This document shows positions 1 through 10,314 of a stretch of 64,000 bases of DNA, piece by piece. Each line of letters opens with the position of its first letter. Position 1 is the first letter of the stretch. Source of the DNA: Eledone cirrhosa (lineage: Eukaryota); NCBI GenBank assembly GCA_964016885.1, contig OZ024749.1:22940001-23004000 (forward strand). Direction: 5' to 3'. The translations under genes were made by a program, and so were the position numbers. Under the pieces are notes generated by a model. The model made no database searches. It saw only the letters and a program-made list of their open reading frames with translations, and had not been told where the DNA came from.

Positions 1-1089
1 GTCGGCTCCTCCATTGAGATGCTAATCCAAACCAACCAGGAGTGCATCGAAGCTATCCCGGATGTGATAGACTTCGATAACGGCACTCAACTGCACATAA
101 GTGTTGAGGGCAAACGCCCGAAATGCTTTCGCTGTGGATCGAAGACTCACCTCAGGGCCTTCTGCAACGAGAAGACCCTGAGAAAGGAGAAAACCCCCCT
201 CCTTCCGAATCCGGCTCCACGGCTACCAGCAACAGGACAAGCGGCAACCAGGAACGATAGGTCCGTGGCACCCATACCCACGCCACGGAAATCAAAAACA
301 GCAGCAGCAGTGGAAATATTAACAACAACAACAGCAATACCAAATGCAGCTGCAACAGAGACTCCAGTGCAAACATCACCAACAACAACAACTGAAAGAG
401 TGGAGCTGGTACCCCTCCCCGACCTCACAGATTCAGACATGGAGTGTGAGGTGGGAGAGGGATGGCAAAAGGTCGCAAGAAGGCACAAACGCAGAAGCAG
501 CGCATCGTCGCCTTTGAAAAGGGAGGAAAGAAATGAGAAAAGGGTAAAGTCTACTGCAAAGAGACCCACAGCAGCAACACCACCAACACCATCACCACCC
601 ACACCAGCACCACCATCACCACCGCCAACAACACCTTCAACACCACCACCACAAGCACCAACATCGCAAACACAACAACAAAACACACACACCCAGCAAC
701 AACGACAAGAAAATAGCAGAACCACACCCCACCCCCAGAAAAACAAATGCACGGCAATAAATACACACAACAAGAAACTAATGACTTACATAATTGAACA
801 CACAGACATTTCACAACAGGACTACATAATACCAGCACCAATCAAAACGCCAACTAACATAAGACTGCTAAAAATAGCACAGAAACAATACACAAATATT
901 AAAACGAAATTCCCCAACGCAGTTGGTGATTTCAGGGACCTAGGAGGAACCATCAATCGAAGAGTATACTCAGACATTCTCTTAGAAGAGCCGACGACCA
1001 GCCGAAAGGACGATTCAACGGTCCCTTCACCAGACGATCAAGTGAAAAGGGATGTAAAAACCATCCCTCCTCTACCAAAAGTACGGTAA
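1..1089 (+). CDS. Tx1-type ORF1 (gag-like CCHC zinc-knuckle protein), 5'-partial
   Basis: Frame is open from base 1; CFRCGSKTHLRAFC = CX2CX4HX4C; Pro/Thr/Gln low-complexity C-terminal half; homologous to ORF1 of copy 2 (CFVCGEATHLQAFC). Confidence 0.85.
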   Translation, partial: VGSSIEMLIQTNQECIEAIPDVIDFDNGTQLHISVEGKRPKCFRCGSKTHLRAFCNEKTLRKEKTPLLPNPAPRLPATGQAATRNDRSVAPIPTPRKSKTAAAVEILTTTTAIPNAAATETPVQTSPTTTTERVELVPLPDLTDSDMECEVGEGWQKVARRHKRRSSASSPLKREERNEKRVKSTAKRPTAATPPTPSPPTPAPPSPPPTTPSTPPPQAPTSQTQQQNTHTQQQRQENSRTTPHPQKNKCTAINTHNKKLMTYIIEHTDISQQDYIIPAPIKTPTNIRLLKIAQKQYTNIKTKFPNAVGDFRDLGGTINRRVYSDILLEEPTTSRKDDSTVPSPDDQVKRDVKTIPPLPKVR

Positions 1090-1124
1090 GTGGTCTTTCC
1101 CATCTTTTCCACTCTATTTTAAAC

Positions 1125-4100
1125 ATGACCTCACTCAGAATAGGCAGCATAAATGCGCGTGGCTTGGGGTCGTCATGGAAGCAGGGTCACCTGCTCAACG
1201 ACCTCAGGTCACTAAACATAGATGTAGTGGCCATCAGCGAGACCAGAATCTCCGAAGCACGGGCCTTCGCACCGATCTTCGGCGGCTACGATGTGTACGC
1301 ATCTCCCAGCCGTCCTGGATCCGGTGGAGGAGTTGCTGTGCTTTTTCGGAGAGGTTTGGATCTCGCCATACGGGCCATCTTCCTGGACCCAGAGGGTAAG
1401 CTGGTGGTGCTGGACGTGACCAGCGGAGACGGGCAAGCTTTCAGGCTAGTGGCCGTCTATGCCCCGACAGGAGCAGGGCGGCCTGATTTCTTCCGGCGTC
1501 TGGAGACCTTTCTTGGAACGTCCCGCTCTTTAGTGTTAGTGGGCGACTGGAACGGGATCTTAGATGCACGCTGGGACTGTGTGGGATTAGCGGATAGGGG
1601 TGGAGGGTGCAAGAGCCTCACCAACCTGCTCAGGCGTTTTGAATTGTCTGACAGGTACCGATTGGATTTCCCGAATGTGCCAATGTGGACTTGGACAAAC
1701 CGCATAGGGTCATCCAGATCATATCTAGATAGAGTATTTTGTAGGGAAATAGATAGGTCTAGCATAGGCTGTCCACAATTCAAGATAGTCAGCTACACGG
1801 ACCACAAATTCGTGATCTGTGTGCTTGACTTAGATAGGCTTCATAGACGAGGACCCGGCTACTGGAAGCTAAACGCGTCCTTACCAGCGCGCAAGGACTA
1901 CAGAGACCGGATTAGCGAACTAGTTAAGCGGGCGTTGACGGGGGCCATCGTCAACAACAAGTGGTGGTTTGCTCTGAAAAGAGCGATTAGAATAGAATCG
2001 ATTAGGTTTAGTAAGGCTTTAGCAATAGTGAAAAATAGAGCAGAGGGAGAACTAGTTAGAAAATTAGACGAGGCGCTTAGCAAAGGCATTGCGACCGACG
2101 TGCTTGCGGCGAAATTGGCCCTTGACCAATTCTTCAATGCAAAGCACGAAGGCTGCGTTGTCAGAGCTAGGGTGCGTGCTCTCAGACACGAGGGGACGAA
2201 AGCCGTTCAATGGGCCCGAGTGGCGGAGGCGCGTCGTGGCAACAAAGCCACGATCCGGTCTTTGGTGGACCACGACGGGCGCATGCTACTCGATCCCGGG
2301 CAAATGTGTGAAGCTTTTCAGCGACACTTCGCTCAGCTGTTCGGGGGAAGCGGGGGGCCGGGTAGAGGGATGGACTTTAGTGTCTACCTCGACGGACTGC
2401 CGCGGCTCTCGGCCACTGAGGCGAAGTGTTGCGAAAAGCCGATAACAACCGCTGAAGTAAGGGAGGCAATGACTGGCTGCACAAGGGGTAAATCGCCTGG
2501 TTTGGATGGTCTGCCCTATGAACTTTACGTACAGATGCCAGACTTGTTCGGAGGCCTCTTGGCGGACGTCTACTGCAACTGGCAACAGAACGGGAGAATT
2601 CCCAGTTCTGTGAGCCGAGGAGCGGTGGCACTGCTGAGAAAGGATCCGAACAAGGGGTATAACATAGAAAATTTCCGGCCCATAACTCTGCTAAACACAG
2701 AGTTTAAGATTTTGGCCAAGGTGCTAGCAAAGAGGTTGGCGCTTGTCGTTGGTGGTCTGGTGGGAGAGGCGCAGACATGCGCCATTCCCGACAGATCCAT
2801 CCACGACAACCTCCACCTCATGCGATACATCGTAGAGAGGGTAGCTAGGGAACCTGGCACGGGTGGGTCCTTGATCAATTTAGATCAGTCGAAAGCTTTC
2901 GATAGGGTCGACCATCGTTACCTAGCGGCAGTCCTGAGGGCGGCTGGCTTTGGGCCCGTCTTCAGAGGCTGGATCGCTGCCATGCACAGCGACATCTGCT
3001 CTGTGGTGAGAGTGAACGGTCACCTGTCGGAACCGTTCAACATCATGCGCTCGGTCCGCCAAGGATGTCCCCTCTCGTCCCTCTTGTACGTATTGACTCT
3101 CGAGCCATTACTGCACAAACTGGAGACGTTGAGCGGAGTCCCGCCCGAACTAGGATGCGGAAGATCCGTGTCAGCATATGCGGACGATGTCACCGTAGTG
3201 GTGTCGAACGCCAAACACATCGAGGCGATCGGCACTACACTAAGAGAATACGAAGCGGTGACAGGAGCAATGATCAACCAGGAAAAGTCAGTGGGCCTGC
3301 AGCTCGGCACCTGGAGAGGCAGGTCCATGCCGTCCAACAGCGTCGTCGGACGCTGGACGGACGGACCGGTTAAATTGCTAGGGGTCTGGTTCGGTCCGGA
3401 CCTCCAGACGGACAAAAACTGGGACGAGGTGACGAGCAGGGTGGCTTCTCTCACCCAGAAATGGGCGGAGAGGAAGCTATCCCTGAAAGGTCGAGCGGAG
3501 GTGGTTAACGCGTACATCGCGTCTGTCATCTGCTACCGCCTGACCGTCGTACCTTGTCCTAAGCCTCGCCTGACTGCGCTGGAGCGTTTGCTCTTTCGCT
3601 TTTTGTGGAAGGGACGTGCTCCGATGGTCAGGCGGTCCATCTGTTGTCAACACCCGCTACGTGGAGGGCTGGGCATGCCGTGGCTGATGATGCGCAGGCA
3701 CGCGCTCAGGCTACGACATCTCCACCTCTTCCTCGACGGTGATCAGGTGTGGTCGCCGTTTGCTAGTCGCGTATTTCCCCAGCTCGTTTCCTTGACGGAG
3801 CTGCAGTCCTGGGTCAAGCGAAGACCGAGAGGGAGCGCCTGGAGACTGGAATGTCTTCAGGCGCTCACAGCCCTCGACCAATCGGGCAATGTGATCGGTG
3901 GAAACTCCACCTCGGCGTTCTATAGAGGATTAGTGGAGGGGAAGAGCGACGACGTACTTGGGGAAACTCTAGGCGTCGACGAAAATCAACTAGCCAATCT
4001 CTTCGGAAGAACTTTCGGGCCGGGGCCTATGGACAACTTCCAGAAATCTCTGGCCTGGCAGTGCTACCGAGGAGCTTTGCCAGTTCGGGATAAACTCTAC

Positions 4101-4544
4101 AGGCATGGAGGTGCCGTCAGCCGGGCATGTCCGAGATGTGCGCAGGGCGACGAAACCGTCCTGCACGCACTCGTCCAGTGTCCGAAAATTGCTGACTTGT
4201 GGGTTTATGTCGAACACCTGCTGTCGCGTTTAGGACGGATCCGGCTATCATCTGAGTCCATCGTGAGGATTGCCCCACCCTCCTCCTTTAGCCGGGAAGG
4301 GCAGGCAGTTTTTATCTGTCTGGTGGCCATGGCGAAAGAGATAGTATGGTGGACACGTTTGAAAGGGCTGAAGACGAGCACTTACCTCTTCGGTGATGCT
4401 CTGATTGACTTTTTCAAATTTCATTTGAAAAGGAAAATCAGAGTAGAGAGGGAAGTGCTCTCTTCCCAGCATTTTGTTGAAAGATGGGTGAGAGAAGCAA
4501 GAATGGCCCGAGTGAATGGGCCTACTCTGAGTATATATCTGTAA
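1125..4544 (+). CDS. Tx1/L1 ORF2: AP endonuclease + reverse transcriptase + C-terminal Cys/His motif, 1139 aa
   Basis: APE motifs SINARG, ISET, GDWN, YLDR, TDH; RT motifs SPGLDG, FRPITLLN, DQSKAFDRV, RQGCPLS, YADD; C-terminal CPRC...HALVQC; no stops or frameshifts. Confidence 0.96.
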   Translation: MTSLRIGSINARGLGSSWKQGHLLNDLRSLNIDVVAISETRISEARAFAPIFGGYDVYASPSRPGSGGGVAVLFRRGLDLAIRAIFLDPEGKLVVLDVTSGDGQAFRLVAVYAPTGAGRPDFFRRLETFLGTSRSLVLVGDWNGILDARWDCVGLADRGGGCKSLTNLLRRFELSDRYRLDFPNVPMWTWTNRIGSSRSYLDRVFCREIDRSSIGCPQFKIVSYTDHKFVICVLDLDRLHRRGPGYWKLNASLPARKDYRDRISELVKRALTGAIVNNKWWFALKRAIRIESIRFSKALAIVKNRAEGELVRKLDEALSKGIATDVLAAKLALDQFFNAKHEGCVVRARVRALRHEGTKAVQWARVAEARRGNKATIRSLVDHDGRMLLDPGQMCEAFQRHFAQLFGGSGGPGRGMDFSVYLDGLPRLSATEAKCCEKPITTAEVREAMTGCTRGKSPGLDGLPYELYVQMPDLFGGLLADVYCNWQQNGRIPSSVSRGAVALLRKDPNKGYNIENFRPITLLNTEFKILAKVLAKRLALVVGGLVGEAQTCAIPDRSIHDNLHLMRYIVERVAREPGTGGSLINLDQSKAFDRVDHRYLAAVLRAAGFGPVFRGWIAAMHSDICSVVRVNGHLSEPFNIMRSVRQGCPLSSLLYVLTLEPLLHKLETLSGVPPELGCGRSVSAYADDVTVVVSNAKHIEAIGTTLREYEAVTGAMINQEKSVGLQLGTWRGRSMPSNSVVGRWTDGPVKLLGVWFGPDLQTDKNWDEVTSRVASLTQKWAERKLSLKGRAEVVNAYIASVICYRLTVVPCPKPRLTALERLLFRFLWKGRAPMVRRSICCQHPLRGGLGMPWLMMRRHALRLRHLHLFLDGDQVWSPFASRVFPQLVSLTELQSWVKRRPRGSAWRLECLQALTALDQSGNVIGGNSTSAFYRGLVEGKSDDVLGETLGVDENQLANLFGRTFGPGPMDNFQKSLAWQCYRGALPVRDKLYRHGGAVSRACPRCAQGDETVLHALVQCPKIADLWVYVEHLLSRLGRIRLSSESIVRIAPPSSFSREGQAVFICLVAMAKEIVWWTRLKGLKTSTYLFGDALIDFFKFHLKRKIRVEREVLSSQHFVERWVREARMARVNGPTLSIYL

Positions 4545-4809
4545 ATTAAAGGTGGAAAACTGGGAGAGGGCACTTGCCTTGGTGGTCAGGGTCATTGTGG
4601 CTTTTTACTGGGCTTTCTCCACAAATGTCCCTCCGAAGTCTCCCCCCCCCCCCTATTGGGGAATTTTTCATTGTTATTTTCATTGTTATTTTTGTTACAT
4701 CCTCTGTTTTTGTTTTTTACACGCAGAAATGCCCATTTGTACCGTCCTGCATTGTCCTGCACTGTCCTTAATGTCTACTTTATGTAAACCCTTGTGGTTA
4801 ATTAAGAAA

Positions 4810-4811
<2 letters not shown>

Positions 4812-4859
<48 letters not shown>

Positions 4860-4866
4860 GTTATTA
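4812..4866. repeat. (TTA)n tract shared by the tail-to-tail 3' ends of the Tx1 and R4/Dong elements
   Basis: Direct reading. Confidence 0.95.
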
Positions 4867-4867
4867 C

Positions 4868-7849
4868 TCTTTGAGTCTCAGTCATTGATGTTAGTTAACT
4901 GGAAAGTTTGTTGAGATGAATATCAAGCCACTACCTACAGCCTCAGATATTCAGGACGTATTGGAGGATTCTTGCTGTTCCCAGCAAGCATGCCTTTTGA
5001 AGCGTTCCAAAAAGCGTGAATGGCCAATTTTCTTTAACCATCCCTGGAAACTTTTTGAGATAGTCCCTAGTGCGCCTATGACAATCGGGATCACTTTGAC
5101 TTCATGGCAGTTCCAAATCCTTTTTACCTCCCACTTTAAGTCCTGGTATCGGTTAATTTTCTCCCTCTCCTTCGCTTGCACTCTCGTGTCGAATGGGCAG
5201 GCCACATCCACAATCAGGCACGATCTTTTTTCATTGTCCAAAACCGCCAGGTCAGGTCTATTGTGTTCTAGTTTCTTGTCCGTCTGTATCCTAAGATCCC
5301 ACAGCACCTTCACCTGATCGTTTTCTATCACCGCCTTTGGCTTATGCTCATACCAGTTCTCAGAATGTGGTAAATTGTTTACTTTGCATAGGTGCCAGTG
5401 GATCACCCTACCCATCACATCATGTCTTCAGCCCTTATAGTGAGTCTGGGCTAGGTGTTTACACTCGGATACAATGTGAGCCACAGTCTCTTCTCTCTCT
5501 CCACAGATCCTGCACAGTGGGCTAGCCTCCTCCTTGTAAATGTGGTGTTTCAACCACTTCGTTTTGAGGGCTTGCTCCTGCGCAGCCATTAACATTCCTT
5601 CTGTAGCCTTTTTAAGGTCTCCTCTTTTCAACCAGTTCCATGTCTGTGGATCTCTAAATTCCGTTTTCTCAAAGGAGGTACTATGAACGGATTTTTCCTG
5701 AAGGCTGATCTTTCTCCTTGATGTTATTTCCTCCTTGGACATCCCCTGGCCTATTTTCCTCTCCTTCAGTACAGTTCTGAGCATTGGCTCCTTACTATCA
5801 TTCACGTATTTGTGTAGGTTGTTTTTCTCCATCTGAACACAGTCCTCTATGCTGATAAGACCTCTTCCACCTTCAGATCTCCTTAAGTAGAGTCTATCGA
5901 CATCACTCCTCTTGTGGAACATGTAGATAGTCAATAGCTTCCTAGTCTTCCTATCCATTTCTTTTTGTTCAGCAAAATTCGATCTCAGAAATCCCGCACT
6001 GTATCTAATAATAGTCACAGCTCGGGAATTTACTGCGCTTATGGCATTCCTACTGTTCAGATGTAACTTTAATACGCTCCTTACTCTCCGAATGTATTCA
6101 GTTCTTATCAATTCCTTCATGTTTTTGTTCTTGATGTCATCAGCCTCCAGAACACCCAAATACTTGTATCTTTCTTCAGAGTCAATTTCCTTTATCATCT
6201 CACCTGTTGGTACCTGGATTCCGTCACTTCTGCTCAACTTACCCCTCTTCATCACAATGACTCCATATTTACCAATACCAAACTGCATACATATATCACT
6301 GCTGAAAATACGGACAGTGTCCACAAGCACATCCAACTCCTTCTCACTCTTCCCGAAGAGCTTAAGATCGTCCATGAAGAGGAGGTGATTGATGGTAAGC
6401 CCTCCCTTTCCCAACCTGTATCCTGCTCTCACTTTTCGCAGTATAATGGTCAGGGGCATCAGGGCAAGGACAAACAACAGAGGGGACAGACTATCTCCCT
6501 GGAAGATACCTGTCTTGCTCTTCACGCTTCCCAAGGATTCTCCAGTGGATGTTAACTCTGTTTCCCAGGACTTCATACTTTTGCCCAACAACTGTTTGAT
6601 GTTATCTGCCACCTTGAAGATCTCCAGGCTGTTGTTGATCCAAGAATGAGGCACCTTGTCAAATGCCTTTTTGTTGTCTATCTATCCCATGGCAAGACCA
6701 GTGTGTCTCCTCCTGCAATTCCTCATTACCATCTTATCAACAAGTAACTGGTCCTTTGTACCACGTGACATCTTTCGGCATCCTTTCTGTTCGTCCGTTA
6801 ACAAGTTGTTTGTGTGGAGGTGATGGTAGATTTCCTCAGACATAATGCTTGTCAACAGTTTCCACATTACGGACAGACATGTGATAGGTCTATAATTGGT
6901 AACATCATTACCCTTGATTCGGTCTTTCATTATCAGAACCGTGGTACCTTTTGTCAACCACTCTGGTACCTCACTTGACATCAAGCAGTCATTGAACATG
7001 GTTGTCAGTTTCGGGTGGAGGGATGTTATATTTTTAATCCAATACCCCTGCACACTATCTGGGCCTGGTGATTTCCAGTTGGTTAGTTTTTTGGCCTGCC
7101 CCTTAACAGTTTCCACTGTGATACTCAAATCAGTTTGTTGGTGTGCCTGTTCACTAATCTCCTTCTGTACTGTCTCAATCCACACTGCCTGGGAATTATG
7201 TTTAACATCCTGCTCCCATATTCCTCTCCAGAATGTTTTAGTTTGTTCCGCCTCAGGGATCAAGTCGTTGCCTCTTTCTTTCCCTTCAAGCTGTCCAAAC
7301 ATCATCTTCTGGTTGTTGTCGAACATGCGGTTCTGTCTATACTGACTGACTCTGTTCTCGTATCGCCTGATTTTTGCACTCTTTGCTACAATGCGTTGCT
7401 TCAGTTCCTCTATGATAATATTTAGCTTTTTCTCCTAGTTTTGTACTTTATTTCCAGTCTATTTTTAGTGTCTATGTTTTTTAGCGTCCCATTCAGTAGG
7501 GACTCAAGCTTTCCAATGTCATTTCTCATTTCCCTGATTTGACCACTCAGTCGTTTCGTCCACCAAGGCTCTGATCTTTCTTGTCTGTTGTTTCCTCTTG
7601 CTTTTATACCAAGTAGTCTTCTCACCGTATTTGCTGTTGCTTTGAGGATATTGTTGCACTGGTGAAGACTCCTCGACTTTGTTTACCTTAGCTGTTGTTT
7701 CTTTTAATTTTTCCTGTCTACAAATCTTAGGTTCATAGGTCTCCCACTATCATTGTTCAATTCATCTACCACTAAGTGTAGGATATCAACCAAACCTTGT
7801 CCTAGCCCGTCAGCATTCATCTCCTCAGTGGCCGTATCTCTGTTCCAGA
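4868..7849 (-). mobile_element. R4/Dong-clade non-LTR retrotransposon, family A, 5'-truncated and frameshifted
   Basis: Minus ORFs: KSPGPD, YRPITCL, GIFQGDSLSP, LFMDD, CRIC..HIVSEC, HNRPD..IVDVACP..KINRY (PD-(D/E)xK nuclease); (TTA)n on both sides. Confidence 0.92.
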
Positions 7850-7880
7850 TTATTATTATTATTATTATTATTATTATCAT

Positions 7881-7913
<33 letters not shown>

Positions 7914-8312
7914 TCCTGCTCTGTAAAGCTCTGTAGAACAACTGATGTTCCTACATTGAGCTATTTTTCTTACTGGTAATAAGTTAGTAATGAGTTACTG
8001 CCCTTTCCTGTTTATAGTTTTATATAACGTATATAGAACTATAAATAATATTATTATTATTGTTATTATTGTTATTTATGGCCGCACATGTGTGAAGACA
8101 GTACAAATCTGCGGGGGAAAAGGTTCGTAACTTTAAGCTGTTTTAAAGTGTCATTTTCTTTGTATTTTCTTGTCGTTAACGAAACTTAAGGTACACATCT
8201 TGATTTAAAGAGAGGGATACGTCTCAATATTCGGGGCTTTAAGCCCGAATATTCAGGTTTATTTTAAATAACTTCGAAAAAAAATCGCTTCCACACCCAA
8301 AAAAAATAAATT

Positions 8313-10285
8313 ATGGAAATTTTCGACCTTGAAACGGTAAACAACGTTCAGGTCAAAAGTTTAAAGGCAGCCACTGTAGATTTCACCACGACTACGACGG
8401 CTACAGTCATGCCTGTCATCCACTCTACTGAATGTGAAGGCAAAGCTAAAAATCTACCATCAAAACCTTCTGTGATAGCAGCAGTATCATATGAAAACGA
8501 CATCACCACCACCGCCACCACGACCACCACAACAACAACAAATCAAAGCAATAACGACGATAACACCGACAGCTTCAATGTAAACACGGATGGCAGTGGC
8601 AACAGCATCAAGCAAAACAACAACAACAACACCAATAACAACAGCAAGAATGACAACACCAACAATAAGAGCATCAGAAACACCACATTTGCTGCAGCAG
8701 CAGCAAAAACAAAGCGCTTATTGAATATTGATATTGATATTAGCAATAAAGTCGAAGATTTGGCCCAAGCGTGGAGGCTAATTAAACGGGAGAAGTCCTG
8801 GGCAAACCTGACCATCCCGGACGAGGCAATAGCGGCCATGCAAAGGAGGACGGTGTTCTTTCGATGCATTTCGGTGCAGACACGAAAAGTGGAACTTGCC
8901 AGCCAAGCAGAGGTCGAGGCTGCTTTGGAGTGCATCGGAAGTAACATAGAGTATAAAGCAAGAGGCAAACAGTTCAAAACCGAGGCCCTCGCTATTAAGC
9001 ACTCGGTGACCCCCTGCAGAACGGAACGCATTATCGTGCATCCGTCCTACATGGGGAAAAAGGACAGTAAAGGTCCGCATTCCCAGCATCCCACCAGGAA
9101 TGAACATATGGTGGCTGCTGGGGTGCGTAATCGAGGAGGGGACAGACACTACCCTCCTGGATATCAAAAGGACAGAGAGAGAGGACTGGTCCGGAATAGA
9201 TTTGGAGATTCTTCTCCAAATGAAACCGGAGGACATGAACAACATCCCGGATTTTGTCCGCCTGCAGGACCGGACAACAATCCAACTAATCATTGACGGA
9301 AGAAGGCCACGCTGCTTCGTCTGCGGGGAAGCAACGCATCTGCAAGCCTTCTGCCCTCAGCGCAAAAATGCAGGGGTCGCAAACCTCCTTTGTTGCCAAT
9401 GCCAGTGTCACAACGGAAAGCTGCACCACCACCACCACCAAAAACAACACCAACACAAACACGGACACCAACATCAAAAACAGCCGGATCACCACCAACA
9501 CCAAAACCAATCCAAGGGAAAAACGAGGAAAGCTCTCCCACTCCCCCTAGCCTCCTCCCCCAATTATACACATAGACAAAACAATAAACGCACACACAGA
9601 CACAGAGACACTCACAACCACAGACCCTTTGTCTTCCAGCAGCGAAGATGAAGGAACACCCAAAAGTGCAAAAAAACAGAGAAAACTCACAAAAACGAAA
9701 AAGCCCCAACAAAACGCAAAAATATACACAACAAAAAATACAGGCACCACTAACGCAAACACTTCCCTAATAACATCATCACCAACAGCAACATCGACAC
9801 CACCTGTACAATCCCCGAAACGCAAACAACCTAAACAAACCCAAGTAGAAATAAATACACAAATACCTGAAATTGCAGACACCACACCTACAACAAACAC
9901 AGACATACCCGAAACAACAACACGAAAACCTTCACCACCACAGTCACCAAAACGAAAACAAATAAAACCACACCAACAAAATGTTAAAAACTTCGTGCTT
10001 GCCAGAAGGGCCAATGATAAACTAATGGCCCTCTTAGCACGAAGCGAGGACATTCAAACAGAGGGGGGGATTTTTGAAATGAGCACATCTTGCGTGCCAG
10101 AAGATTTGCTTCTGGTCCGAATGTCACTCAATTCCTTCAAAGAAATTCGAGAGAGATTTCCTCAGGACGTGGGAACCCCGAATGTGAAACCGACATCAAG
10201 ACTTTTAAAGGGGTTCCCAAAAGAAACCCCACCAACCATGGAGGTCGAACCACCCGACCTTCACAAGACCCCAGGAGGTAAGTAA
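8313..10285 (+). pseudogene. Frameshifted Tx1 ORF1
   Basis: ORF pieces 8313-9296, 9100-9651 (IIDGRRPRCFVCGEATHLQAFC) and 9629-10285. Confidence 0.8.
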
Positions 10286-10314
10286 ACCTTCCCTCTCTCT
10301 CTTAGCTTACCAAT

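Larger units (their letters stand above)
1..4811 (+). mobile_element. Tx1/L1-clade non-LTR retrotransposon, copy 1 (5' end outside window, coding regions uninterrupted)
   Basis: Zinc-knuckle ORF1, 35-nt spacer, APE-RT ORF2, then a 3' UTR ending TTGTGGTTAATTAAGAAATC directly followed by (TTA)n. Confidence 0.93.

Noticed and set aside
147-7425. Antisense ORFs over the LINEs
   Set aside because: Shadow frames of LINE coding sequence
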